Of a stretch of 64,000 nt of DNA, positions 19,106-28,640 are shown one piece after another. Under the pieces are notes generated by a model. That model had not been told where the DNA came from and made no database searches. It saw only the letters and a program-made list of their open reading frames with translations. The stretch spans positions 202 through 64,201 of the forward strand of contig JANOHL010000061.1 of the NCBI GenBank assembly GCA_031406495.1. The letters are read 5' to 3'. This stretch comes from Sphingomonadales bacterium (GTDB taxonomy: Bacteria > Pseudomonadota > Alphaproteobacteria > Sphingomonadales > Sphingomonadaceae). The position numbers were made by a program, and so were the translations under genes. Position 1 is the stretch's first letter; every line of letters starts with the position of its first letter.

Positions 19106-20581
19106 ATGCGGACGAAATATCTCACCCTCGCGCTTCTTCTGGCCTCCTGCGGCGGCGGAGACGGCGGTTCCAGCCCGCCAGCGCCGAACGCGGCCCCGCA
19201 ATTCACCTCGTTGCAAACCGAGAGCGTGGTCGAAAATCTGACCGCAGCCTATCAGGCGCGGGCGAGCGATACCGAGGGCGACGCGCTGACCTTTTCGATT
19301 TCCGGCGGAGCAGATGCCGCGCGCTTTTCGATAACCGCCGCTGGCGCTCTCAGCTTTGCCCCAGCTCCGGATTTCGATTTACCCGGCGATAGCGATGGCA
19401 ACAATGTCTATGCCGTCCAGTTGCGCGTTTCGGACGGTCGCAATAGCGTCGATCAAACCGTCAATATCACGGTCCTGAACAGCCGCGAAGGAATTGCCGT
19501 CCGCCGTATCGCTACTGGTTTCAACCAGCCGTTATTCGTATCGGCGATTCCAGGCGACAGCCGCGTATATGTCGTCGAGAAGACCGGCGGCGTGCATCTG
19601 TTCGACCCCGCCACGGGCACGCGCACCCAAGTTTTGAGTATCGGTAGTCTATCGACCGATGGCGAACGCGGGCTACTGGGTCTGGCGCCGCGTCCTGACC
19701 ATGCGACATCGCGCAAGCTGCTGCTGGTGGCGACTGCACCCGATGGGGCGGTCGAGATACGCGAATATACGCTTGGCCTGCCACAGTCATCGACCGCTTA
19801 TCTGGTCGCGTTGCGGACGCCGCACGGCGATTTCAATAACCATAATGGTGGCTGGATCGGCTTTGGCCCCGATGGCCATGCCTATGTCGGCATCGGTGAT
19901 GGCGGAGGCGCGGGCGACCCCGGCAACAATGCGCAGAACACAAATTCACGGCTCGGCAAAATTTTGCGGATTGCGATCAACCCCGATCCCTTTGCCGGTG
20001 CCAGCCCGGTCTATTATATTCCTGCCCCCGGAAACCCGTTCATCAGCAGCGGCGGTGACCCCTATGTTTACGCGATTGGGCTGCGTAATCCGTTTAGGGC
20101 ATCATTTTTCGGGTCGCTGCTGTTGATCGGCGATGTCGGCCAAAATGCCGTTGAAGAGATCGACATGGTCAGCACGACGCAGCCGGGCCGGAACTTCGGA
20201 TGGAGATTTCTGGAGGGCACGATGCCGTTCAGCGGTTCAGCGCCCGGCGGGCTGACGCCACCTGTCGCCGAATATGGTCACGGGTCTGGACCGCGTCAGG
20301 GCCGATCGATAACGGGCGGCTATGTCTATCGCGGGCCGGTGGCGTCGCTCCGCGACCGCTATGTTTTTGCCGATTTCATTACCGGCAATATCTGGGCCGT
20401 ACCGCTCGCCACCCTCGTTTCTGGTCAGACATTGACATCCAGCCAGTTCGAGCGACGCAACGAAGATTTTGCGCCCGATGTCGGTACGATAAACCAGCTG
20501 GTGTCATTCGGCGAAGACAATGCGGGCAACCTGTTCATCGTCGATTTCGACGGCGACATCTTCATGGTACAGTCAGGGTAA
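19106..20581 (+). CDS. Lipoprotein: cadherin-like domain fused to a PQQ-dependent glucose/sorbosone dehydrogenase domain
   Basis: LLLASC lipobox; NAAPQFTS...D.DGNNVY.V.L.VSDG Ig/cadherin motif; GERGLLGLA, HNGGWIGFGPDG and GLRNPFR. Confidence 0.85.
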   Translation: MRTKYLTLALLLASCGGGDGGSSPPAPNAAPQFTSLQTESVVENLTAAYQARASDTEGDALTFSISGGADAARFSITAAGALSFAPAPDFDLPGDSDGNNVYAVQLRVSDGRNSVDQTVNITVLNSREGIAVRRIATGFNQPLFVSAIPGDSRVYVVEKTGGVHLFDPATGTRTQVLSIGSLSTDGERGLLGLAPRPDHATSRKLLLVATAPDGAVEIREYTLGLPQSSTAYLVALRTPHGDFNNHNGGWIGFGPDGHAYVGIGDGGGAGDPGNNAQNTNSRLGKILRIAINPDPFAGASPVYYIPAPGNPFISSGGDPYVYAIGLRNPFRASFFGSLLLIGDVGQNAVEEIDMVSTTQPGRNFGWRFLEGTMPFSGSAPGGLTPPVAEYGHGSGPRQGRSITGGYVYRGPVASLRDRYVFADFITGNIWAVPLATLVSGQTLTSSQFERRNEDFAPDVGTINQLVSFGEDNAGNLFIVDFDGDIFMVQSG

Positions 20582-20582
20582 T

Positions 20583-20617
20583 AAAAGGCCCGGTAGGTTC
20601 ACCACCGGGCCTATTTT
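20583..20617. terminator. Bidirectional terminator
   Basis: AAAAGGCCCGGT..ACCGGGCCTATTTT between convergent genes. Confidence 0.8.
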
Positions 20618-20630
20618 GGACATTATCGGC

Positions 20631-21671
20631 TCAGTATGCCCGGGCTTGCTGCCAAGTCCGGTCGAGACGACGGGTCAGGCGATCCAGCCGTTTATCCACC
20701 TGTCGTTGCTCACGTTGAGTGAAGTCGCCGTCGCGGTCGAACATACGATACTGGCTGGCAATCGCGCTCAGCTCGCTCCGCGCATAATTCGCGTCGGCGC
20801 GATTGATCCGACGGGCTGACTCGCCCGAGCGGACATATTCGCGCAACCAGCTTATCCGCGTGGGAACGTCGGTCGGCATCTGGCTCATATTATAGCCACC
20901 ATTGCCGCGATCATAATCGTCGCCACGTCCGCTTTCATTATTACGCACCGAAACCCAGCGTCCGCGGGCATCATAATAGCCGTAGGCGCGGCCTTCACGC
21001 CAGCGACCGTTCTCGTAATATCCCGGCTGCTCGATTGAGGTCCAGTTGCCGTTATTTTCGTTATAACTACCGGTATCGTCCTGAATCCACCGACCGCGCG
21101 AGTCATAACGGCCGCGGACTGGTCCAGCGACCCAGCGGCCGCGCGAGTCGTAATATCCGTTCGCGCTGCCGCCAACCCAACGACCGTTACGGTCGTAGTA
21201 GCCGCTTGATGTAGCTGGTACCCAGTGACCGTCGCGATCCCAATAGCCTTGGCTGTCATTGTCGCCGGTCATCGTTACCCAGCGACCGTTGCTGTCGTAA
21301 TAACCTCTGGGCGCGCCTTCGACCCATTTACCATCGCGGTCGTAATAGCCGCGCGCGTCGGTCGTGCTGACGCCCGTTGCGTGCCAGCGGCCATTCTGAT
21401 CATAATAGCCATAGGCTTGGCGGCAATCGCCGCGGTCGGATTTGGCTATCTGATTTCCGACAATCGCACCGATCACGCCACCGATGATGGCACCTTCGGT
21501 CTTGTCGCCACGTCCGGCAATTACGCTGCCCAAGACACCGCCAGCACCCGCACCGGCAACCGTGCCGATTATCCGGCCCGAACTGTCGCGTCGGCAGCCA
21601 TCATCGGCCATTGCGACCGAAGGAGTGAGAATGGCAAGCGCAACGCCAGCCGTCAGGATATGCTTGTTCAT
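20631..21671 (-). CDS. Secreted glycine-zipper (2TM) protein with ten GYYDxxGRW repeats
   Basis: Signal peptide, GAGAGGVLG/GGVIGAIVG zipper and aromatic repeat array; start moved to MNKHIL. Confidence 0.8.
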   Translation of the reverse strand: MNKHILTAGVALAILTPSVAMADDGCRRDSSGRIIGTVAGAGAGGVLGSVIAGRGDKTEGAIIGGVIGAIVGNQIAKSDRGDCRQAYGYYDQNGRWHATGVSTTDARGYYDRDGKWVEGAPRGYYDSNGRWVTMTGDNDSQGYWDRDGHWVPATSSGYYDRNGRWVGGSANGYYDSRGRWVAGPVRGRYDSRGRWIQDDTGSYNENNGNWTSIEQPGYYENGRWREGRAYGYYDARGRWVSVRNNESGRGDDYDRGNGGYNMSQMPTDVPTRISWLREYVRSGESARRINRADANYARSELSAIASQYRMFDRDGDFTQREQRQVDKRLDRLTRRLDRTWQQARAY

Positions 21672-21710
21672 GATAAACCTCTTTCCCAAAGCTATGTTTA
21701 TACCGTGGAT

Positions 21711-21735
21711 AACGGGCGGATGGGGGTTAGGTTCC
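21711..21735 (-). promoter_or_regulatory. Sigma-EcfG-type promoter
   Basis: Minus strand GGAAC-N16-CGTT, 39 nt upstream of the glycine-zipper gene. Confidence 0.7.
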
Positions 21736-21795
21736 ATTCGACGCGCTTTCAGCTCGCCTGGGCACAGGTCGTTCTCACCATCAAATAACTCGGCC

Positions 21796-21833
21796 AAAAA
21801 AAAGGGCGGCCCATCGGACCGCCCCTTTCTTTT
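21796..21833 (-). terminator. Terminator of the tonB-exbBDD operon
   Basis: AAAGGGCGG..CCGCCCCTTT stem with A-run giving a U-tail on the minus strand. Confidence 0.75.
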
Positions 21834-21852
21834 CAATTTACACGTTGCCTGC

Positions 21853-22305
21853 TCAGCCTCCCGGTGCATCTGCCTTGCCGAACACGCGATATTGTTCGTT
21901 GCCGACAAATCCGAATTTGGTGATGCCGCTGCGTTTCACCTCGGCCAATGCCTTGTCGACAGTGTCGTAAGGCGAGGTCGGCGCGGGCTGGAACTGAAGC
22001 TCTGGCTCGGGGTTCATCGATTTGGTCTGACCCAGAAACTGCGCCATTTGCTGCAGTGAAACCGGCGTACCGTTCCACTGAATCTCGCTGTTGGGCAGAA
22101 TGATGATCTTGTTGATCACAGGATCGATCAACGGCGGATCAACAATAGTGTCGTCCGCCACCGGCAGATCGATGTTCACCGCATGCGTTACCGGGGGGAT
22201 AGTGATCATCAGCATGATGAGGAGAACGAGCATGACGTCGATCAACGGCGTCGTGTTCATTTCCATCATCGGCTGGCCATCATCCTTGCCGCCACTCATT
22301 GCCAT
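21853..22305 (-). CDS. exbD: Biopolymer transport protein ExbD
   Basis: EMNTTPLIDVMLVLLI motif. Confidence 0.93.
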   Translation of the reverse strand: MAMSGGKDDGQPMMEMNTTPLIDVMLVLLIMLMITIPPVTHAVNIDLPVADDTIVDPPLIDPVINKIIILPNSEIQWNGTPVSLQQMAQFLGQTKSMNPEPELQFQPAPTSPYDTVDKALAEVKRSGITKFGFVGNEQYRVFGKADAPGG

Positions 22306-22332
22306 ATTAAATACTCCTCAAAAGCTTGGCTG

Positions 22333-22875
22333 TTATTGCGCGTTGGCAATAACGAACGGCGAAGAAATAAACCCGACACGGGCAAAACCGGCCATTTGCA
22401 TCGAGAAAATTGCACCGCCAATACAGCGATAGGGTGTGTTCACGTCGCCGCGAATATGCGCCTCGGGAAGCTGATCGGGCTCGATGAGTCCAGCCAAGGC
22501 TGCTTTTTCGCCACCCAAAGCATCAAATTCACGCTTCAGATGCTTTGCTGCACGATCAACCAATTCGGTCGAATCGATAGGCGAAGTGCCCCAGTAAACA
22601 CGGCATTCACCGCCTGGATTGGCACCATCATAACCTTCGGTACCGGGGTCACGACCTTGCGAGTCGGTCGTGGTGATCGACAGCAGAACATTCTCGCGCT
22701 TCGCCTTGGTCGGCTCGAACGGCACAACGGGTATTTCCATTTTGACGGTCTGGATGGCCACAGGAATAGCGATAAGGAACACGATAAGGAGCACCAGCAT
22801 GACGTCCACAAGCGGCGTCGTGTTGATGTCGGACATTGGGGCGTCTTCGCCGCCGCCGCCTGAACTGATTGCCAT
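22333..22875 (-). CDS. exbD: Biopolymer transport protein ExbD (paralog with a periplasmic insertion)
   Basis: DINTTPLVDVMLVLLI and IRGD motifs. Confidence 0.92.
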   Translation of the reverse strand: MAISSGGGGEDAPMSDINTTPLVDVMLVLLIVFLIAIPVAIQTVKMEIPVVPFEPTKAKRENVLLSITTTDSQGRDPGTEGYDGANPGGECRVYWGTSPIDSTELVDRAAKHLKREFDALGGEKAALAGLIEPDQLPEAHIRGDVNTPYRCIGGAIFSMQMAGFARVGFISSPFVIANAQ

Positions 22876-22970
22876 TGGCTAATCCTCTCTAACTAAATTG
22901 GGCCGGTATCGAGTGCCGACCGATGCGATCGACGGACTGGGCCGCCGCAAAGGACGGCCCTGACCCAATC

Positions 22971-23738
22971 TTATTTCTTCATTGCCGGTGCGGCTGTTGC
23001 GGTCGCAGGCCTCGCCGGGGCAGAAGCAGCGGCAGGCTTCAAACGGCCACCCGAAGAAATGTAGCCAAGCACATCATTGGAGAATGACGACAGGTTACGG
23101 GCAATCGACTTGTTGCGCGCTTGCAACCAGTTGTACGCAAGCACCGCAGGCACCGCAACGAACAAACCGATGGCGGTCATGATCAGTGCTTCACCAACCG
23201 GACCCGCAATCTTACCGATGTCGGCTTGTCCGGCGATACCGATTTTGATCAGCGCCGAGTAAATGCCGATAACCGTACCGAGCAGTCCGACAAACGGTGC
23301 GGTTGCGCCCACCGTCGCGAGGAAAGGCAGGCCTCCGGCAAGCTTGTTGTTGATCGATTCTTCCGAACGCGACATCGCGCCGTGCAGCCAGTCATGTGCT
23401 TCGACCGGATCGGTCAGCATGCCATGCTGTTTTTGCGCAGAAATGCCGTCATCAACGACCTGGCGAAACGCGCTGTTCTTGTCGAGCTTTGCGGCACCTT
23501 CTTCAAGCGTATTGGCGCGCCAGAAACCGGCTTGAACCTGCTTCGCTTGGTTCAAAACCTTCTGCTGTTCGAACAGTTTTGTGAACATGATGTAGAACGA
23601 GAAAACCGACATGATCACCAGAACGATGAAAATCGACCAACTGATCGGGCCGCCTTCGTTAAGCGCAGGCAGAAGTCCGAATTTTGCGGCGGCGGCCGCT
23701 TCGCCGCCTGCTGCTGCGGTAAGAACTAGAATCGACAT
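22971..23738 (-). CDS. exbB: MotA/TolQ/ExbB proton channel protein
   Basis: LATVGATAPFVGLLGTV and GEALIMTAIGLFVAVPA. Confidence 0.94.
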   Translation of the reverse strand: MSILVLTAAAGGEAAAAAKFGLLPALNEGGPISWSIFIVLVIMSVFSFYIMFTKLFEQQKVLNQAKQVQAGFWRANTLEEGAAKLDKNSAFRQVVDDGISAQKQHGMLTDPVEAHDWLHGAMSRSEESINNKLAGGLPFLATVGATAPFVGLLGTVIGIYSALIKIGIAGQADIGKIAGPVGEALIMTAIGLFVAVPAVLAYNWLQARNKSIARNLSSFSNDVLGYISSGGRLKPAAASAPARPATATAAPAMKK

Positions 23739-23817
23739 TTTACTTTCCTCTCAGAAAAATTGAGTTGCTCGCAATATGCCCGACCTGAAGGCTCCCCCTT
23801 TGGCCGGGCCAAAAAAC

Positions 23818-24477
23818 TTATTTCGGTATCTGCCAACGTACACGGTTGGAATATGTCCCCGTAGTCGGCTGACCATTGCCGTCCAAAGCAGGATCGAAAC
23901 GGGCCCGACGGGTGACATTGGTGCACGTGGCCGTATCGAGATCGGGATGGCCGCTCGATGAACTGATCTGGCAATCGGTCACACGGCCATTGGGGCCAAC
24001 GGTAACGCGGAAACCGGTGGTTCCTTCACGTTCCTGTTGAAGCGCACGCGACGGATAATCGTTGGTGTTTGCCCAGTTACCAGGGTTGCCCTTCGGCAAA
24101 GGATTGGGGCGCTTGGCTACCGGTGGCGGTGGCGGTGCGGCGGGCGCAGGCGGTGCAGCGCGCGGCGGCATCGTAATCGTCGGTGGCGGCACCTGCACGG
24201 TTTGCACCGTCGGCGGCGGCGTCACTGTCTTGACCAGCGGCGGCGGTGAAACGATCGGGGGTTCGATCTGCTTTTCCGGCTCGGGCGGTGGCTCTTCTTC
24301 TTCAGGTGGCTCTTCTTCTTTTACGTCAACGACGTTCAGTTTTGCTTTAACCTGCTGCACCGCCTCATAGGCAAGGCCGGTGACGAGCGCATAGCCAAGA
24401 AAAGCATGCAAAAGGACGACGATGATAATCGAAACCAAACGGTTCGTACTCATCCCTTGTTGGTCAGCATATGCCAT
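23818..24477 (-). CDS. tonB: Energy transducer TonB
   Basis: N-terminal TM with His, Pro/Glu-rich linker, YPSRA...EG C-terminal domain. Confidence 0.93.
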   Translation of the reverse strand: MAYADQQGMSTNRLVSIIIVVLLHAFLGYALVTGLAYEAVQQVKAKLNVVDVKEEEPPEEEEPPPEPEKQIEPPIVSPPPLVKTVTPPPTVQTVQVPPPTITMPPRAAPPAPAAPPPPPVAKRPNPLPKGNPGNWANTNDYPSRALQQEREGTTGFRVTVGPNGRVTDCQISSSSGHPDLDTATCTNVTRRARFDPALDGNGQPTTGTYSNRVRWQIPK

Positions 24478-24731
24478 GCGGAAACGACTCTCCTAACTTC
24501 GCCATGTGATACAGATTCCCCGAGCGCATCTTCAAGATGCACCCGAAGCCCCCCGCGATATCGAATTTTTGTTTTTTATATTCGATTCCACGAAGCTTTA
24601 GCCAAGCCGCAACAGGCAGGCAATCTAGATTCTGCGATTCATACGCAATTCATGTATTGGGCTATCATAATAGCACTGTGGCGATATGATCGTGAGCATG
24701 ATGATTGCGCGGAAACAATGAAGAAGCCGGA

Positions 24732-25586
24732 ATGGAATTCACATTGATACGGACAGTTTTTCCAACGATTTTGCTGGCTTTGGGCGGCATTGCAGTGGCG
24801 CAAACCGTTACGGTAATGCCGCCAGCTTTGGCGGTGCAAGCCGAGGGCGCGGCCTATGCAGATATTGCCGATTTGGTCGTCATCTCGCCGCTAATCATCG
24901 ACGTAACAATACGCAACGCGCGGAAAGTGTCGCCCGAACAGGCGATTGGCGTTCCTGCAAATTTGCAACGAATGCTCGTCGAGGCAGACGTCCTGGCGCT
25001 GATTCGCGGGTCTGGCGGGGTCTCGCCGCGGGTCCTGTTTGTGCTCGACGTGCCAAAGGACGCCAAAGGCAAAGTTCCGAAACTGAAGAAGCAACGCATG
25101 TTCTTGCTCGGCAGCGCCGTGGCCGGAAAGCCGGGCGAAATCCGCCTCGCACGCCCCAACGCACTCGTCCAGTTTAGCGCGGCCAATGATGCGCTGATCC
25201 GTGCCATAACGAAGGAATCTGTACAGATCGATGCGCCGCAGCGCATAACCGGCATCATCAGCGCGTTTTACAGCGCTGGCACCGTGCTCGGCGAGGGAGA
25301 AACGCAGGTGTTTTTGCGCACCGAGAAAAATCAGCCGATTTCGCTGTCGATTATCAGCCGTCCGGGTCAGGCCAAACGCTGGGCGGTATCGACCAGCGAA
25401 GTGATCGACGATTCGGCGTCCGCCCCGGCCAAACACACGCTGTTGTGGTACAGGCTCGCTTGCGGTCTGCCACGTGACCTGTCAGCGGAAAGCGTTGAAT
25501 CTGGCGAAGGCGACAATGTCGCGCGGGCACAGGCGGATTATAAATTCGTCATCGAAAGCCTGGGGCCATGCGGTCGCAAGCGTTAG
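24732..25586 (+). CDS. Secreted hypothetical protein
   Basis: 284-aa ORF with signal peptide and native codon usage; no family recognised. Confidence 0.75.
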   Translation: MEFTLIRTVFPTILLALGGIAVAQTVTVMPPALAVQAEGAAYADIADLVVISPLIIDVTIRNARKVSPEQAIGVPANLQRMLVEADVLALIRGSGGVSPRVLFVLDVPKDAKGKVPKLKKQRMFLLGSAVAGKPGEIRLARPNALVQFSAANDALIRAITKESVQIDAPQRITGIISAFYSAGTVLGEGETQVFLRTEKNQPISLSIISRPGQAKRWAVSTSEVIDDSASAPAKHTLLWYRLACGLPRDLSAESVESGEGDNVARAQADYKFVIESLGPCGRKR

Positions 25587-25595
25587 GACACATAT

Positions 25596-26543
25596 TTACG
25601 GCGCGTTATGAAACGGCGTGGCTTGCGCCAGAACCAGCGTGAACCAGTCGGCGGTATCGCTATATTCCTTAACTGACGTCCAGCCACCCGCGCGCAGCAA
25701 CAGGCGTAGCCCGCGAAGATCAAATTTGTGGCTGTTTTCGGTGTGGATGCTTTCACCCGCTTGCATCTCGAATTCCTGACCGGCCACGACGAAAGCGATG
25801 TCGCGAATTGCTTCCAGATGCATTTCGATCCGTCCCTCGACATCGTTCCAGATCGCGCGATGCCTGAAGGCCGAAACTTGTATGTCACCGTCAAGCTCGC
25901 GATTGATCCGGTCGAGCAAGTTGAGATTGAACTGCGCAGTAACCCCACCTGCATCGTCATAGGCCGGGATCAGCACTTCCAGCGGTTTAATCCGGTCAAA
26001 GCCGATGAGCAGAAACGCCCCCTGTCCCAATATGGCACGCATGTGGCGCAACAGATCGACTGCGCTGCGTGGGATGAAATTGCCGATGGTCGATCCCGGA
26101 AAGAAGCCAAGCCGTGGGGCGTCGTCGATGTCTACCGGCAAATCCACGCCGCTCATAAAGTCGGCCTCGACCGGATAGACCGGCAGCGTGGGAAACTTAG
26201 CCTGAAGGATAGCCGCAGCATCACGCAGATAATCGCCCGAGATATCTATCGGCACATAAGCCGATGGCGCGACCGCCTCCAGCAACAGTGGCGTTTTCGT
26301 AGCACTTCCTGCACCGAATTCGATCACCGCGTGGCCTGCGCCCACACGTGCGGCAATATCGGTGCGGCAGTCTTCGAGCAAAGCGGTTTCAACGCGGGTG
26401 GGATAATATTCGGGGAGCCGCGTGATGTCGTCGAACAGCTCCGATCCGTGCTCATCATAGAACCAGCGTGCAGGGATGGCTCGGCGCGGGCCAACCAGCC
26501 CCGCCAAAACATCGGCACGGAATTGCGGATCAGCCTCAGGCAT
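25596..26543 (-). CDS. egtD: L-histidine N-alpha-methyltransferase
   Basis: FYDEHGSELF, LPEYYPTR, EFGAG, FFPGSTIGN and IHTENSHK motifs; ATG overlaps the egtB TGA. Confidence 0.93.
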   Translation of the reverse strand: MPEADPQFRADVLAGLVGPRRAIPARWFYDEHGSELFDDITRLPEYYPTRVETALLEDCRTDIAARVGAGHAVIEFGAGSATKTPLLLEAVAPSAYVPIDISGDYLRDAAAILQAKFPTLPVYPVEADFMSGVDLPVDIDDAPRLGFFPGSTIGNFIPRSAVDLLRHMRAILGQGAFLLIGFDRIKPLEVLIPAYDDAGGVTAQFNLNLLDRINRELDGDIQVSAFRHRAIWNDVEGRIEMHLEAIRDIAFVVAGQEFEMQAGESIHTENSHKFDLRGLRLLLRAGGWTSVKEYSDTADWFTLVLAQATPFHNAP

Positions 26544-27781
26544 CACGCATCTTTGGCGAGACGCAATCCGGTGAACTGCCATCGTTGATGCGGATAAAAG
26601 AAATTGCGGTAACTCGCCCGCACATGCCCGCGCGGCGTCGCGCAACTGCCGCCGCGCAGGATAAACTGTCCGCTCATGAACTTGCCATTATATTCGCCGA
26701 CTGCGCCCTCGGCGGTTTTGAAGCCCGGATAGGGGCGAAAGGCGCTGCCGGTCCATTCCCACACATTGCCGAAAAAGTCACCGCTCTCTGATGGCTCAGG
26801 CCTGATCGCGGCGGGGGCGTCAAGCAGGTTGCCCTCCAACGGGTGATGGCTCGTTGCCACCACCTCCCACTCCGCTTCGGTTGGTAGACGGGCACCCGCC
26901 CAAGCGGCATAAGCATCGGCTTCATACAGGCTGATATGCGTAACCGGCGCGGTGAGATCGATTGGGCGCAGGCCGCTCAGCCCGAACGCCGACCATTCAC
27001 CGTCAATACCCTGCTGCCAATAAAGCGGCGCAGCGATAGATTCGCGCTGAAGCCAGCCCCATCCGTCTGACAGCCAATGCCGCGCCTCGACATAACCGCC
27101 GTCGTTCATGAACTGCATCCATTCGCCATTGGTCACCGTTCGGTTGGCCAAGGCAAAAGGTTGCAGCAGTATTTCATGACGCGGGCCTTCGCAGTCAAAG
27201 GCAAAACCGGAGCCGTCATGCCCGATGGATTGAATGCCCGCTGGTCCGTCGATCCAGCCGAACGGAGCCGCGTCCTGTTTCGACGCAACGCGCATTGCTG
27301 ACTCCGACCAATAAGCGGACAGTGTCGGATTTAGCGAGAATAAGTGCAATATGTCGGTCAGCAGCAATTCCTGGTGCTGTTGCTCATGTTGGATACCAAG
27401 CTCGATCATTTCAAATGCCGGTTCGGGCAGATTGTTCCACGCATGGTCCATCGCCGTCTCGACATGGGCGCGATAGTCCAATATCCGGGCTAGCGATGGG
27501 CGCGTCAGCATCCCGCGCATTGGCCGCGCGTGGCGCGAACCTTCGGCTTCGTAATAGCTGTTGAAGAGATAAGCGAAGCTGTCATCGAAAGGACGGTACC
27601 CAGCGACATGATCGCGCAGCACGAAAGTTTCCAGAAACCAGGTCACATGCGCCAGATGCCATTTGGTTGGCGACGCATCGTCCATCGATTGAACGGTCGC
27701 ATCGGCATCGGAAAGAGGGCCAGCTAGCGCGGCGGTCAATGCGCGCGTTGCGAAGAACCGTTCCTTCAGGTCCGCGTTCAC
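26543..27781 (-). CDS. egtB: Ergothioneine biosynthesis sulfoxide synthase
   Basis: SPTKWHLAH (DinB), HEQQHQE metal-binding motif, FGE-sulfatase domain (GNVWEWT, YRNFF); GTG start overlaps the upstream TGA. Confidence 0.93.
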   Translation of the reverse strand: MNADLKERFFATRALTAALAGPLSDADATVQSMDDASPTKWHLAHVTWFLETFVLRDHVAGYRPFDDSFAYLFNSYYEAEGSRHARPMRGMLTRPSLARILDYRAHVETAMDHAWNNLPEPAFEMIELGIQHEQQHQELLLTDILHLFSLNPTLSAYWSESAMRVASKQDAAPFGWIDGPAGIQSIGHDGSGFAFDCEGPRHEILLQPFALANRTVTNGEWMQFMNDGGYVEARHWLSDGWGWLQRESIAAPLYWQQGIDGEWSAFGLSGLRPIDLTAPVTHISLYEADAYAAWAGARLPTEAEWEVVATSHHPLEGNLLDAPAAIRPEPSESGDFFGNVWEWTGSAFRPYPGFKTAEGAVGEYNGKFMSGQFILRGGSCATPRGHVRASYRNFFYPHQRWQFTGLRLAKDA

Positions 27782-28359
27782 CGCGATCCGCCCGGCACCC
27801 ACAATATATCTCCACCGCGACTGGCGTTGATCAGGCGGCACAGCACGAACAGATAGTCCGAAAGGCGGTTCAAATAGGTAACAGCCTGTGGGTTGATGCT
27901 TACGGCTTGCGATGCCGCCACCAGCGCCCGTTCGGCCCGGCGCGAAATCGCGCGGGCCATGTGCATATGCCCTGCCTCCGCACTTCCGCCCGGCAGGATG
28001 AAGCTGGTCAGTGGCGGTAACTGGTCGTTGGCAGCATCAATAGCCGACTCCAGCCAGTCGATCTGTGCTGCAACGATGCGTAACTCCATCGGCGACGGCT
28101 CAAAGCTCTCACCGGGAGTTGCGATATCCGCGCCCAAATCGAACAGATCATTCTGGATGCGCCGCAATCCGGCCACCAGCGCCGCATCATTATTGTCGGT
28201 CTCTAGCGCCTGGATAGCCAAACCAAGCGCGCTGTTGGCTTCATCTACCTCGCCGATGGCATGCAGCCGCGCATCGGTTTTCGACACGCGCGAGCCATCG
28301 ACCAGCCCGGTGGTGCCGTCATCGCCGGTGCGCGTGTAAATCTTGTTCAATTTTACCAT
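27778..28359 (-). CDS. pduO: ATP:cob(I)alamin adenosyltransferase, PduO type
   Basis: KIYTRTGDDG, IQNDLFDLG, FILPGG and YLNRLSDYLF motifs. Confidence 0.93.
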   Translation of the reverse strand: MVKLNKIYTRTGDDGTTGLVDGSRVSKTDARLHAIGEVDEANSALGLAIQALETDNNDAALVAGLRRIQNDLFDLGADIATPGESFEPSPMELRIVAAQIDWLESAIDAANDQLPPLTSFILPGGSAEAGHMHMARAISRRAERALVAASQAVSINPQAVTYLNRLSDYLFVLCRLINASRGGDILWVPGGSR

Positions 28360-28368
28360 GAAGCGCGC

Positions 28369-28596
28369 TTAGCCTGCTTTAAAGAAAAGCAACAAAACGA
28401 CGATGAGCAATATCGTGATCGCCTGCCACTTCACCCGTGCGAACATCATCTTGTTCTGTACGTTCAGAGAGTTCGGTATGCCGTTTTCGTCAACCTCGGT
28501 GGGGCGCATATTTGCAAAAGCGTGCAGCCCGCGCACCAGCGCAAACACCACTCCACCGGCGGCGGCAACGATCAACAATACCAGCAAGAATGTCAT
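28369..28596 (-). CDS. Twin transmembrane helix small protein (HIG1-like)
   Basis: Two TM segments and a QNKMMFARVKWQ motif. Confidence 0.8.
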   Translation of the reverse strand: MTFLLVLLIVAAAGGVVFALVRGLHAFANMRPTEVDENGIPNSLNVQNKMMFARVKWQAITILLIVVLLLFFKAG

Positions 28597-28640
28597 GGGA
28601 AAATGTCCTTATGGCAGGGGCTATACCCTGCGCCGTCCAT

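Noticed and set aside
25596-27781. Selenoneine (sen) cluster
   Set aside because: No SenB glycosyltransferase or SelD homolog nearby.
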